Assembly (NCBI RefSeq): GCF_000146505.1
Contig: NC_017448.1
Location: forward strand, 1,740,001-1,772,000
Source of the DNA: Fibrobacter succinogenes subsp. succinogenes S85
GTDB taxonomy: Bacteria; Fibrobacterota; Fibrobacteria; Fibrobacterales; Fibrobacteraceae
Length of the DNA: 32,000 nucleotides
Direction: 5' to 3'
Below are positions 1 through 9,012 of the stretch, piece by piece. A program made the translations under genes and the position numbers. Within the stretch, counting starts at the first letter, position 1. Each line of letters starts with the position of its first letter. The notes beneath the pieces are model-generated. The model was not told the DNA's origin, searched no databases, and worked only from the letters and a program-made list of their open reading frames with translations.

Positions 1-1639
1 CATGACAATTCTTTTGAAGGTCGATACCTTCACCAGCCGCCTCTGTGGAAATCAAAAAGCGAACTTCACCATTGTTGAATTTTTCGCAAGCATCATTTCT
101 GGAAATAGAAATGTCACGAGAACATCCATCAGGATAAACTACATCTTTTAAGGATTCATCGCCATTGATTATGGTGACACTATTGTCCCCCCATACCTTC
201 ATCAATTCTGTCATCATCAGAGATTGCGTTCTTTTATATTCCGTAAATAAAAGAACCTGATCATTCGGATATTTCTCTTTGATAATTTCAACAATGCGGT
301 TGATCCTTGTTTCTGAGGTAACCTTTGTCGCTTTTTCTAATAATAAATTGATATGGTCTATTTCATTTTCCATCAGTTTCAAAGGTTCAGCAAGAGTCTG
401 AACACTGATTGTAGCCTCATCATCAAAGCCCTCCCGTTCATCTTCACCATAATTTGATAGGAAATTTTTATACGCAGTAGCTTTCCCTTCCAAAGCTTCC
501 TTACGATTTTTCAAAGCAGACGATATCGCAGCAATAGAGCTAGATGCAATTTTCTGCAAGCAGCTCAACAACAGACCTACCGCACTTCCAGCATTCCCTA
601 AGGTTTTAGCATACATATAACCAGCAGATATGAAAGCGGTCATCGCATCATAAAATTCTTTTTCTTCAGGAGAATAAGTAAAAGTATAAGGATGCTGAGT
701 CATCTTCGTGAAAAGAATTTTTCCCTTCATATCGACAACGTTCTTCTTGTTATTTCTAATAAAATAATCCTTAAGATGAGAATATTGCGATGCTTCGTCT
801 TTACCGGGTCCAAACACACCAGGAGCCACCAGTGACATTAATGACCAAAAGCCATAATTTTTTCCTCGATGAGGCGTACCTGTAAATAGTAAGCTCGAAA
901 CAATTTTCCCATTTTCCTGCAACATTTCAAACAGTTTGAACTGAAGAGTCTTGTTCCCCTGTTCTTCTGCATTCATATGATGAGCTTCATCGACAACAAC
1001 CAAATCCCATGCTGGAGCATCACATAAATGGTCAAACCTACCATGACTATCGGCCTGCATAGTCGATGCCGAAGCAACAACAAAAGTCGCACTTGTCCAA
1101 AAATCTGGATTCGTTTTTTCAACTTCCGTTGAATAGGCAAAGAATCCTAGATTGAACATACTTTTCATACGCTCTTGCCATTGTCCGACAAGTTTTGCAG
1201 GAGCAAGAATCAAAATGCGGCGTACCTTCCCAGTACTAAAGAGACTAGTCATAATAAGACCCGCTTCAATAGTCTTTCCCAAGCCAACATCATCCGCAAT
1301 AACATATCCTATAGGCCAACGGCTCAAAACCTGTTTACATACCCACAGTTGATGTGGCAAAAGTTCTATAGACGAACTAGAAAATAGTCCCCAACTGTTA
1401 TTTATAAATTTGACCACTTCACCTTGTATATGGACAAGAGCTTTTTTTTCTATTTCATTATCAACAGAGGCTGACAATTGATCAGAGAATGATGCGACCG
1501 GAGCCAATTCCGAAATGGAGATAAACTTGCCATTTTGACGATCCGAATCAAAACGGACTACAACCTGCGAATCAGTCAATACCGCTTCAATCTTTCCTCT
1601 ACCAAACTCTTTATGAATTACAATATCGCCCTGTTGCAT
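1..1639 (-). CDS. SNF2-family (SF2) helicase, N-terminal ~546 aa; the C-terminus runs off the left window edge
   Basis: This ORF is absent from the supplied track because no stop lies in the window; I translated it by hand from ATG 1639-1637. The sequence is MQQGDIVIHKEFGRGKIEAVLTDSQVVVRFDSD...ELLPHQLWVCKQVLSRWPIGYVIADDVGLGKTIEAG (motif I)...WDLVVVDEAHHMN (motif II, DEAH)...LFTGTPHRGK (motif III-like)...FLISTEAAGEGIDLQ (motif V) at the window edge. A strong SD (AAGGAG) sits 9 nt upstream. The ATG lies 2 nt after the stop of the upstream ORF. Confidence 0.9.
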   Translation of the reverse strand, partial: MQQGDIVIHKEFGRGKIEAVLTDSQVVVRFDSDRQNGKFISISELAPVASFSDQLSASVDNEIEKKALVHIQGEVVKFINNSWGLFSSSSIELLPHQLWVCKQVLSRWPIGYVIADDVGLGKTIEAGLIMTSLFSTGKVRRILILAPAKLVGQWQERMKSMFNLGFFAYSTEVEKTNPDFWTSATFVVASASTMQADSHGRFDHLCDAPAWDLVVVDEAHHMNAEEQGNKTLQFKLFEMLQENGKIVSSLLFTGTPHRGKNYGFWSLMSLVAPGVFGPGKDEASQYSHLKDYFIRNNKKNVVDMKGKILFTKMTQHPYTFTYSPEEKEFYDAMTAFISAGYMYAKTLGNAGSAVGLLLSCLQKIASSSIAAISSALKNRKEALEGKATAYKNFLSNYGEDEREGFDDEATISVQTLAEPLKLMENEIDHINLLLEKATKVTSETRINRIVEIIKEKYPNDQVLLFTEYKRTQSLMMTELMKVWGDNSVTIINGDESLKDVVYPDGCSRDISISRNDACEKFNNGEVRFLISTEAAGEGIDLQKNCH

Positions 1640-1641
1640 TA

Positions 1642-3426
1642 TTAAAACTCCTTTTCTATAAAAAGTATATCAAATGTATCATCCATAGTATTATGATCAG
1701 GCAACATTTCGCCTATTTTTCTGAATATCCGCACAGAACTTGCATTTTTGCAATCTAAGCCAAGCATTTTGCAGATTTTTTGTCGAGGCATAAAAGTTTG
1801 TAGTTTAATCTGTTCAAGTTTTTCTGGTTCCACGGCATCTTCGCCATCCACCCAGAAACCACTCCTGAGCAATTCTCGAAGTACGAAATGGATGCCCAAT
1901 TTGAACGATCTGTTCATAGTCGCATAATCAATATCCGTACCGGATAATTCTGAATCCATGGAAGGATAAAGAAGTACTGCAATATTTTCAAAATGCTCTC
2001 TTAACGGCAATTGCCGCACAACAGTATAGAAGTCAATAAATCTTTTTTGGAAACGACGCAATCTCAACATCATTTCAAACGGACGCAAATAGCATTCTTC
2101 GGAATGGGTTTCTTTATTGAATTGATCGCGGATATCTTGAAGATTTACTTTATTACAAAAATCATCAATAAAGCCATTTTCGTTAAGGAACTGTATTGCT
2201 TTTTTGAGAGAAACTTCCTGATGGTTATAGTACGGAAGACTTTGGCACATTCCATAAAGCATCAAAATGCACCATTCCTTGGTCATTTTTAAATCATCAC
2301 TAGATTCATCAAGAATCAGAGAATTACGGAATCTTAATTTTTCATGATCAAAGAAATCACTCGAATAAAGTTTTTCATAGTATAAGGCGACGAGAGATTC
2401 CTTTTCAGACAGCAATTGAAGCAATTCTGATTCAGTCAATTCTCTGCAATTTTTCAAATCATCTTCTGAATAATAAATATTCTCTTCCTGCGATGGTTCA
2501 GACAACACATTTATTGGAGTTGGAGTCCAATAATTTGAAGCAGTTCTGAGATTATTTAATAAATTATTTTTTTCAAAAAAAGCAATGCTGTTCGATGTAT
2601 AATATGACAAATCTATTTTTTCTTTTGCCAACCATACCGATGTACCATTTACTTCATATAGTTCTCGAATGGCAACCACTAAACCATCACTTGATTTTAT
2701 ATTAAAATCAATTTTATTAAAATCTTCCCAAAAGCTAGGCTTTACATTCGGTTTGAGGATAGACTCAATTAAAATAATATTGTCCAAAAGATCAACTGTC
2801 AAAGTCTTATTTTTTATTTCGGCAAAAAGATCAGCCAGTTCCATTTTATTTATTTCAATCAGAGAACCAAATTCTGAAAGATAGCTTTCCGAAGCCAAAT
2901 GAGTCATTACAAAAGCATCGCATTTATTGATTGCCAATATATTTTGAAAAGCATTCAACAATTTAGAGTCATCTCCATCCGTATAATTAGATGCGGCGAC
3001 AGAAAAAAGCCTAATGCGGTCTTCAAATTTAGTCACAGGCCCATAACCTGAAACTAATATTTTCTCCTGTCTGAATAATTTTTGCAAAATATTTTCAGCA
3101 AAAGGAGCAAAATACTTATCATTCGTATTTCGAGTTTTCAATAATAACGTCGCAATATCGTATGCATATTTTTGATAGGAATATGATGTAGATATCATTT
3201 CCTGCAAGATGACAAAAAGACAATTAGCGATTTTTTTCATCAACGTTTCATTTTTCTTATTTCCTGCAGCAAGGTTCTTTCGACCTGTATCTATTTCAAA
3301 ATCAGCATTAATAATAAAAGGTAACGTTTCAGACGCTTCAAGTGGCGTAAGATGCCATACGCGAGGATGCCAACTATCACATTCTGTCAAGTTAACTAAA
3401 ATTCCATCTAATTCTTTAAATAACAT
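1642..3426 (-). CDS. Uncharacterised protein, 594 aa from ATG 3426 (the track's 600-aa version starts at TTG 3444); its N-terminus looks like the missing C-terminal half of the upstream protein's second GHKL module
   Basis: A long open frame in an AT-rich region. The N-terminal motif TLPFIINADFEIDTGRKNL closely matches YAVIIHAPFAIDSGRKNI, which follows the first GHKL head in the 1819-aa protein. Neither candidate start has a convincing SD, whereas neighbouring genes carry AAGGAG-type SDs. It overlaps the upstream ORF by 19-37 nt. Confidence 0.7.
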   Translation of the reverse strand: MLFKELDGILVNLTECDSWHPRVWHLTPLEASETLPFIINADFEIDTGRKNLAAGNKKNETLMKKIANCLFVILQEMISTSYSYQKYAYDIATLLLKTRNTNDKYFAPFAENILQKLFRQEKILVSGYGPVTKFEDRIRLFSVAASNYTDGDDSKLLNAFQNILAINKCDAFVMTHLASESYLSEFGSLIEINKMELADLFAEIKNKTLTVDLLDNIILIESILKPNVKPSFWEDFNKIDFNIKSSDGLVVAIRELYEVNGTSVWLAKEKIDLSYYTSNSIAFFEKNNLLNNLRTASNYWTPTPINVLSEPSQEENIYYSEDDLKNCRELTESELLQLLSEKESLVALYYEKLYSSDFFDHEKLRFRNSLILDESSDDLKMTKEWCILMLYGMCQSLPYYNHQEVSLKKAIQFLNENGFIDDFCNKVNLQDIRDQFNKETHSEECYLRPFEMMLRLRRFQKRFIDFYTVVRQLPLREHFENIAVLLYPSMDSELSGTDIDYATMNRSFKLGIHFVLRELLRSGFWVDGEDAVEPEKLEQIKLQTFMPRQKICKMLGLDCKNASSVRIFRKIGEMLPDHNTMDDTFDILFIEKEF

Positions 3427-6400
3427 TTTAAAAGGACTTCGCAATCTCTATGATCCACTAACAAAAAGACTTCGCCATTCAACTTCACTTTTTTTATAGC
3501 AGTTTCACTTTTCGACAATTCACAAACATTTTGATATTCAGGCTCGATAACCTTATCCAATAAATATATTTTATTTATCTGTTTAGAAAATACCGTTAAA
3601 AATGCGGCACATTTTTCAAACTCAGCAAAGCAATCGTTTTCGACATCAATATCGTCTCTGCATTTCAATTCAATTTTGGTACAATCATCACATGTTTTAT
3701 CATATTCAATATTTTCGTCAGGATATATACCAGCAATAATTTTGAATTGCAAGTCACCGCTGCGAACAACCGGCTCATCGCATACAGTATAAACGCTTTT
3801 GAAGCCTAACCCAAATTTACCTGTTTGGCCATTTTCTTGGCTTTTTTCCGAAGACGCGATAGACAGCATGTTTTGCAAATCACGTTTAAAAGAATTCGCA
3901 ATATCATCATCCACTTCTGGAAAACTTTGATTAATCTTTCGACCGTAATGAATTATTTCAAGTCGTTTTGCAATAGAATCAAAATGCACCTCAAATTTTT
4001 TCTTATCGGCATATTTCAAGGCAATATCTTCAGGTGCCTTTAGAAAATCGTTAACGCAATCATCTGCATTCTGAAATAATTCAAAAAGGATACTTGAACT
4101 AAAATATTGATGTTCCTTTATCTTATGACAAACGCGATCAAAAATATATCGCTGTAAATCCGGTTCTCTTATTACTGTTTCTAACATTTCATTTCGCAAA
4201 TCCCATTCTTTTTGCGATTCACTTTCAGAATTCTCATCCTTATTGTCTAGACGATTTATTTCATTATTTAATCTTTTATACTCTTTGTGTTTTACATTCA
4301 AAAAATGTAATGTAGAGAAAATTTCTCGTCTAATGTGTTTTTGAGCAGCTTTTATCGTATATTGGCTAGTTTCGTCAATTAATTTAAAAAACTCATTTTT
4401 CAATAAAAACGCTTTTTTAACATCGATCTTATAAATATTCCACAAAAGAGTTTCTATTAAACATTTAATAGACTCATCAGTATTTATTCCAGACGATTTC
4501 AGCAACCTAACATTAAATGTCTTTGAGATCAAATCAAGATTAACATTTGGATCATACGTAACTTTCGGATTTATTGGAAATTCCTCGCATGTTCCAGCAA
4601 GACTCATCGCCTTATTTGTAGATTGAGAAATAACATTTGCAGTAACATTAATTTCATCAAAAGTCCTGAATCGATTACGCTTGCTTTCTTCCGTTGGGAA
4701 AAGTTTATTGACATGACTAGACGGAATAGTAAATTCATCTCGACAAAATTCATCCAATTTACCAAGAATGGAATCTTCTAAAGCACCAGCCATTCTGCGG
4801 AATTTTCCCTGCATCAAGTATAAAGCTAAAGAAACCAATTTAGGTTGCTTACAATTCTGTCTCCAAAAATCAACAACTTCTTTAATTTCAGCATCCGTTG
4901 CTTTCGGCAAACGCTGTACCATATCATTTTGGGGTATATAATTTGAAATCAAATCATAAGTTTCAGAAGAGCACAGGTTATCTCTTTTGTAAAGTTTCTG
5001 ACCTATACTATGGGAATCAGAACATTGAGGAACAGCAATCAGTTCCGTCGCTAATTTCCATTCCCTTTCAAGTTCATTTTCTGCATTTGGAAATCTACGA
5101 ATATCAGACAACTTAAAATTTGGGTTATCTTTAATCAATTTTAAAATATGATTAAATAATTTTAAAGCATCATCTTCGCAACGGGTATTTTCAGTCAAAG
5201 TATTTAATAATTCTATTCCGTTTTCATAATCAAATGCACCAGGAATTCTTAACTGACAATAGTTCTTCAACAATTCTTCTTTTGAAATTTTTAATTTCGA
5301 ATCACTTCCGATAACCGCATATATTTTTAGTATTTTATTTTTTTGTGTAAGATTATTTATTGCGAGATTAAATATACGCTGCTTTTCATCTTTATCTTCA
5401 ATAGGAAAGTAATAGTTTGAATATTTTTCTTGAATTCGAACGTTTATTTCATCAATTAAATCTAAATTTCTCCTTTTCAAGAAACCCGTTATGTATTTTT
5501 TCTTATCATCATTTATATCTACATCTTCCAATAAAATAAAATTCAACGATTCCTTTAGGATTGCAAAAGATTCTTGTGAGCACCTATCTGTGGTAAGGAT
5601 ATCTTTTATTGAACATAGATTTTCCGAATTCTTTAAAGGAATCCAACAGATACTATCTATTTGACTTAATTCTTTATCCGAAAAAGTGACATAACGCTGC
5701 ATTCTTTCAAGAATCCAATCACAACAGTTTCTAAGAATTCTAGGTTCAAATTTATATGAAATAAGAAATTCCCTTAACGCAGCTCCCTGTGTCAAAATTT
5801 CATAACGATTTCTGTCCGAATCGCTTATAAAAAACGAATCTTGTTTACTTCTCAGCAAATCATCCTTTTCACATGGTATAATTTTACCCTCCAATGAAGG
5901 TACATCTACCTCAAATTCAATATTATGCTTATTATACCACGTTGATCCTGGAACGAAAGACACAAATTCACCTTTTTCATTTTTATGTAAAGGTATTCTA
6001 TAATACAAGTTCCTTTTTGGTTCATTAATGACTTCAAATATTTGCTTGCGATTACTCTCATTTTGATAATACTCCGTTTTCATAAAATCAAGATTATTAC
6101 CTTGAGAAAAATGTACAAGCATTTCTTGACATTCATTATTATCTAGCCATGTTATATTTTTCAAAAGAGTATTGTGATTTTCAACAAATTTTTTTTGATT
6201 TTCGCTAAGAGTTAAAAGTTCTATTGCTTTATTATCCTTTTTTAAGCAATCTTCATATATTTTTTTCCAAACTTCACTACAATTAGGCTTTAGAATACAA
6301 ATTTTTGACTGCGTTTCCTTGAACCCCATCAATAAAAATGTATAGATTCCTGAATATTCTGGTCGAATATTTTCAAGCAAACTGTTTCTATCAAAAATAC

Positions 6401-8867
6401 TTTCAAGAAAATCTTTTCTTATATCTTCATCATTTGAAATTGCAAGATATTGCTGATATTTTTCTTTCAGATAATCTAAGGCACCAGCCTTATTTGCACT
6501 ACGTGCAAATTTATTCAGGAAAGCACTTCGATTGACATCAGCATTTTCCACCATGTATAAGTTTTCATTTTCAATCAACTTTACAAGCTTGCAAATAATA
6601 TGCGACGAATCACTAAAATCAAATTCCCTAAAAAGATTTATTTTTAAAACTGCATTATAGTCTAAAAAGTCTATTGTATTGTTAAGGATATTTTTTCCCC
6701 TATCATACTGAATTTTCTGTACTTTAAAGACCTTCAAATTTGAGCGATAGTCTCTTTCTATTTTTGACAAAACAGACTTTATACTATCACCGGCAATAGC
6801 TTGTATTACACTTAACTGAGCTTTGCCTGAAAGTTTATTTTCCTCTGCACAAATACATAAAAAATAGAGAAATTCATCAAAATCATATTCAATATTACAA
6901 TTGTTATGAACTAGTGTTTGCGAAGGCAACAATATAAAGGGATTATCTTTTTCCCATAAATATGTCCACTCGTCATCTAAAATGTCAATATTCTGAATTT
7001 CGTAAAACTCTATTACACTACACAAATCCTTTATTTTATTTATAGATGTCATTACCTTGGCAACACCTAAATTCGCCAAAGCCCTTAGTATAGCTGTTCT
7101 TATGCAATTTTTTAAATTCAAATCGCTATGCAACCTAGTTTTATTTATTCCATTTATTAAAATTAATTTATGTAGAAATTCAATAATCAATTCATCTTCA
7201 AAAAGCTCGCTAGGAATAGTCGCAAGTAATTGTTCAAAAGCATTTAAATCAAATTTTATTGTTGGCGGCAAAGTAGAAACAGTATCCGTCAAAAGAAGAA
7301 CATCCATTGACCCAGCCATTTTCGTTAGCCAGTTTAACAATTTAGAATCATCTGTTTCAGGAATGTGTATATATCTACCGCCTCGCTCAACCTGAAGTAA
7401 AATCCATTCCTTTACGCCACCAGCATTTATTCTTCTAACAAACACATTTTTGGCATTAACGTATTCTAGGCGACGTTTCTCGCCATCTTCGCCTTGTTGA
7501 AGCAAATCATACAGTTTTTTACCAACATCCTTAACATCCTGTTCTAACAACACCCCATCTTTTAAAGCCTTATCTAATAACGACGGTAAACTAGGAGCCA
7601 AAATAGACTGAAAAAGTATTCTATTCCACCATCGATGAAGCGGTTTTTCCTCATCCAAAGAATATTCTACATTTTCAAAATCGTTCATTTCTACTCTATG
7701 ATGGCAGATTGTATCAAATTTGTAAATATTTTTTCTTCCAGAATCAATTGCAAATGGAGCATGTATAATTACAGCATAATTAAAATCGCAATCAATCCTT
7801 TTTATTTCCCCAATTTTTTCTTGTTTCGGCAAAGGAAGATACGAGGCAAAAGAAAGCCTCAAATTTATTTTTTCATCTTGTACAATTCTTGGAATTCGTA
7901 ACAACTGTAACACTGTAGTCCCACGAAGGCGCTCTTCAGCAAGCTCATTTATTGATTTCCCAAAATCAACGATTTTTTTCTTAGTTTTCAAAGAACCTTC
8001 GTAATCACATTTAGCCAGTCTACGTGCCAATTCGTTAACAACTCTTTTTTGTTCTTCATTTGCAAAAATACTTTCGCCAACAACATCTCTTAGTGATGAA
8101 AAAGGAACTACAATTTCGTCTTGAAAATTCAGTGAAAGTCTACAGTTATTTTCATTTACATTCAGCAGAATGTTACAATCTCCTAAATCATAGCGAAATT
8201 CTTTTAATTTTGTTCCTTTTGACGATTTCGAAAGAATTGCAAAAGTAAGAATAATATTTTGTATTAACTCAGAGCATCCTTTTTCATTTCTGTTAAATGG
8301 ATGTTTAGGATCGACCGGTTCAGAGCCAATTTTATTTTTTCCATCAACAGGAATAAAAAAAGATAAACCATCTTGTTCTTTTTCAAATTGTTCAACAAGA
8401 GCCTTTTCATCGTCTTCTGTAAGATCAGCAAATTCACCAGAATTACCATCGTCATCTTTACCTTTTAAGGGACTCAATCCATTAATAAGCTTATCTTTAT
8501 GACCATAATAGATAAATGCATCACATAAATGATAAATGCTTTTTAAGCCAAAACCATACCTACCAATTGTGGTAGCATCATTTTTTTTGTTATCGCCTCC
8601 AAACATGGCGATGTTTTTTGCATCATCTTCATCAAACTTTCCATTATTATAAACAACAATCCCAGCTCTTTTTAATAGCGGGCAATGAGCATTAGGAACA
8701 GCTGTAAACGAACGAATAACAATTTTTGTCGCATTGGCATCACTGGCATTTTGAATTAGTTCCTTTAATATGGTAAAACCAGAGCCATATTTATAGTTAT
8801 CAAGATTTAATTGAATGGTGGAAAGAATATTAGTTTCATAATTCGAAAAAGAAGATCTTTTTAGCAT
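3408..8867 (-). CDS. Giant (1819 aa) protein with two sacsin/MORC-like GHKL (HATPase_c-type) ATPase heads
   Basis: The N-terminal head has ILKELIQNASDANATKIVI (Bergerat N-box type E-x-x-QNA-D-A) followed by IGRYGFGLKSIYHLCD. The second head, near the C-terminus, has ILFELFQNADDCVND followed by GKFGLGFKSVYTVCD. Both pairs fit the ELIQNADDA / GxFGxGFxSVYHxxD signature of sacsin-repeat/NOV-type GHKL domains. About 1200 aa with no recognisable domain lie between the two heads. The start is an ATG at 8867. Confidence 0.9.
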   Translation of the reverse strand: MLKRSSFSNYETNILSTIQLNLDNYKYGSGFTILKELIQNASDANATKIVIRSFTAVPNAHCPLLKRAGIVVYNNGKFDEDDAKNIAMFGGDNKKNDATTIGRYGFGLKSIYHLCDAFIYYGHKDKLINGLSPLKGKDDDGNSGEFADLTEDDEKALVEQFEKEQDGLSFFIPVDGKNKIGSEPVDPKHPFNRNEKGCSELIQNIILTFAILSKSSKGTKLKEFRYDLGDCNILLNVNENNCRLSLNFQDEIVVPFSSLRDVVGESIFANEEQKRVVNELARRLAKCDYEGSLKTKKKIVDFGKSINELAEERLRGTTVLQLLRIPRIVQDEKINLRLSFASYLPLPKQEKIGEIKRIDCDFNYAVIIHAPFAIDSGRKNIYKFDTICHHRVEMNDFENVEYSLDEEKPLHRWWNRILFQSILAPSLPSLLDKALKDGVLLEQDVKDVGKKLYDLLQQGEDGEKRRLEYVNAKNVFVRRINAGGVKEWILLQVERGGRYIHIPETDDSKLLNWLTKMAGSMDVLLLTDTVSTLPPTIKFDLNAFEQLLATIPSELFEDELIIEFLHKLILINGINKTRLHSDLNLKNCIRTAILRALANLGVAKVMTSINKIKDLCSVIEFYEIQNIDILDDEWTYLWEKDNPFILLPSQTLVHNNCNIEYDFDEFLYFLCICAEENKLSGKAQLSVIQAIAGDSIKSVLSKIERDYRSNLKVFKVQKIQYDRGKNILNNTIDFLDYNAVLKINLFREFDFSDSSHIICKLVKLIENENLYMVENADVNRSAFLNKFARSANKAGALDYLKEKYQQYLAISNDEDIRKDFLESIFDRNSLLENIRPEYSGIYTFLLMGFKETQSKICILKPNCSEVWKKIYEDCLKKDNKAIELLTLSENQKKFVENHNTLLKNITWLDNNECQEMLVHFSQGNNLDFMKTEYYQNESNRKQIFEVINEPKRNLYYRIPLHKNEKGEFVSFVPGSTWYNKHNIEFEVDVPSLEGKIIPCEKDDLLRSKQDSFFISDSDRNRYEILTQGAALREFLISYKFEPRILRNCCDWILERMQRYVTFSDKELSQIDSICWIPLKNSENLCSIKDILTTDRCSQESFAILKESLNFILLEDVDINDDKKKYITGFLKRRNLDLIDEINVRIQEKYSNYYFPIEDKDEKQRIFNLAINNLTQKNKILKIYAVIGSDSKLKISKEELLKNYCQLRIPGAFDYENGIELLNTLTENTRCEDDALKLFNHILKLIKDNPNFKLSDIRRFPNAENELEREWKLATELIAVPQCSDSHSIGQKLYKRDNLCSSETYDLISNYIPQNDMVQRLPKATDAEIKEVVDFWRQNCKQPKLVSLALYLMQGKFRRMAGALEDSILGKLDEFCRDEFTIPSSHVNKLFPTEESKRNRFRTFDEINVTANVISQSTNKAMSLAGTCEEFPINPKVTYDPNVNLDLISKTFNVRLLKSSGINTDESIKCLIETLLWNIYKIDVKKAFLLKNEFFKLIDETSQYTIKAAQKHIRREIFSTLHFLNVKHKEYKRLNNEINRLDNKDENSESESQKEWDLRNEMLETVIREPDLQRYIFDRVCHKIKEHQYFSSSILFELFQNADDCVNDFLKAPEDIALKYADKKKFEVHFDSIAKRLEIIHYGRKINQSFPEVDDDIANSFKRDLQNMLSIASSEKSQENGQTGKFGLGFKSVYTVCDEPVVRSGDLQFKIIAGIYPDENIEYDKTCDDCTKIELKCRDDIDVENDCFAEFEKCAAFLTVFSKQINKIYLLDKVIEPEYQNVCELSKSETAIKKVKLNGEVFLLVDHRDCEVLLKCYLKN
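3414..3432 (-). other. Two candidate -1 ribosomal frameshift heptamers inside the ORF overlap
   Basis: In the frame of the 1819-aa ORF the mRNA reads GTC CTT TTA AAA TGT TAT TTA AAG AAT TAG. T_TTA_AAA occupies 3432-3426 and T_TTA_AAG occupies 3420-3414; both fit X_XXY_YYZ. A -1 slip at either site enters the frame of the 600-aa ORF (..FKMLFKELD.. or ..FKELD..). The stop follows 1 codon after the second heptamer. Confidence 0.35.
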
Positions 8868-8902
8868 GTTTATTCCATAATTTCGATGAATCTTATCTTT
8901 TC

Positions 8903-8908
8903 AATATA
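8903..8908 (-). promoter_or_regulatory. Candidate -10 box (TATATT) for the giant GHKL operon
   Basis: In gene orientation the sequence reads TTTTTATATTGAAAAG, about 35 nt upstream of ATG 8867. The same TATATT-type box recurs upstream of pilT and of the island genes. No -35 element could be assigned. Confidence 0.3.
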
Positions 8909-8941
8909 AAAAATGATTGCTCCCGCTTTTTTTTGTACATT

Positions 8942-8975
8942 AAAAAGCCCTCATTCAAAACGAGGGCTTTTTTTC
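8942..8975 (-). terminator. Rho-independent (bidirectional-looking) terminator downstream of pilC
   Basis: The stem GCCCTC (8947-8952) pairs with GAGGGC (8962-8967) around a 9-nt loop. An A-run lies on one side and a T-run on the other. It sits about 40 nt after the pilC stop and marks the right border of the AT-rich insertion. Confidence 0.6.
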
Positions 8976-9012
8976 ACTTATTTTGTAAAAACATGCAGTA
9001 TTACGCCGTTTA

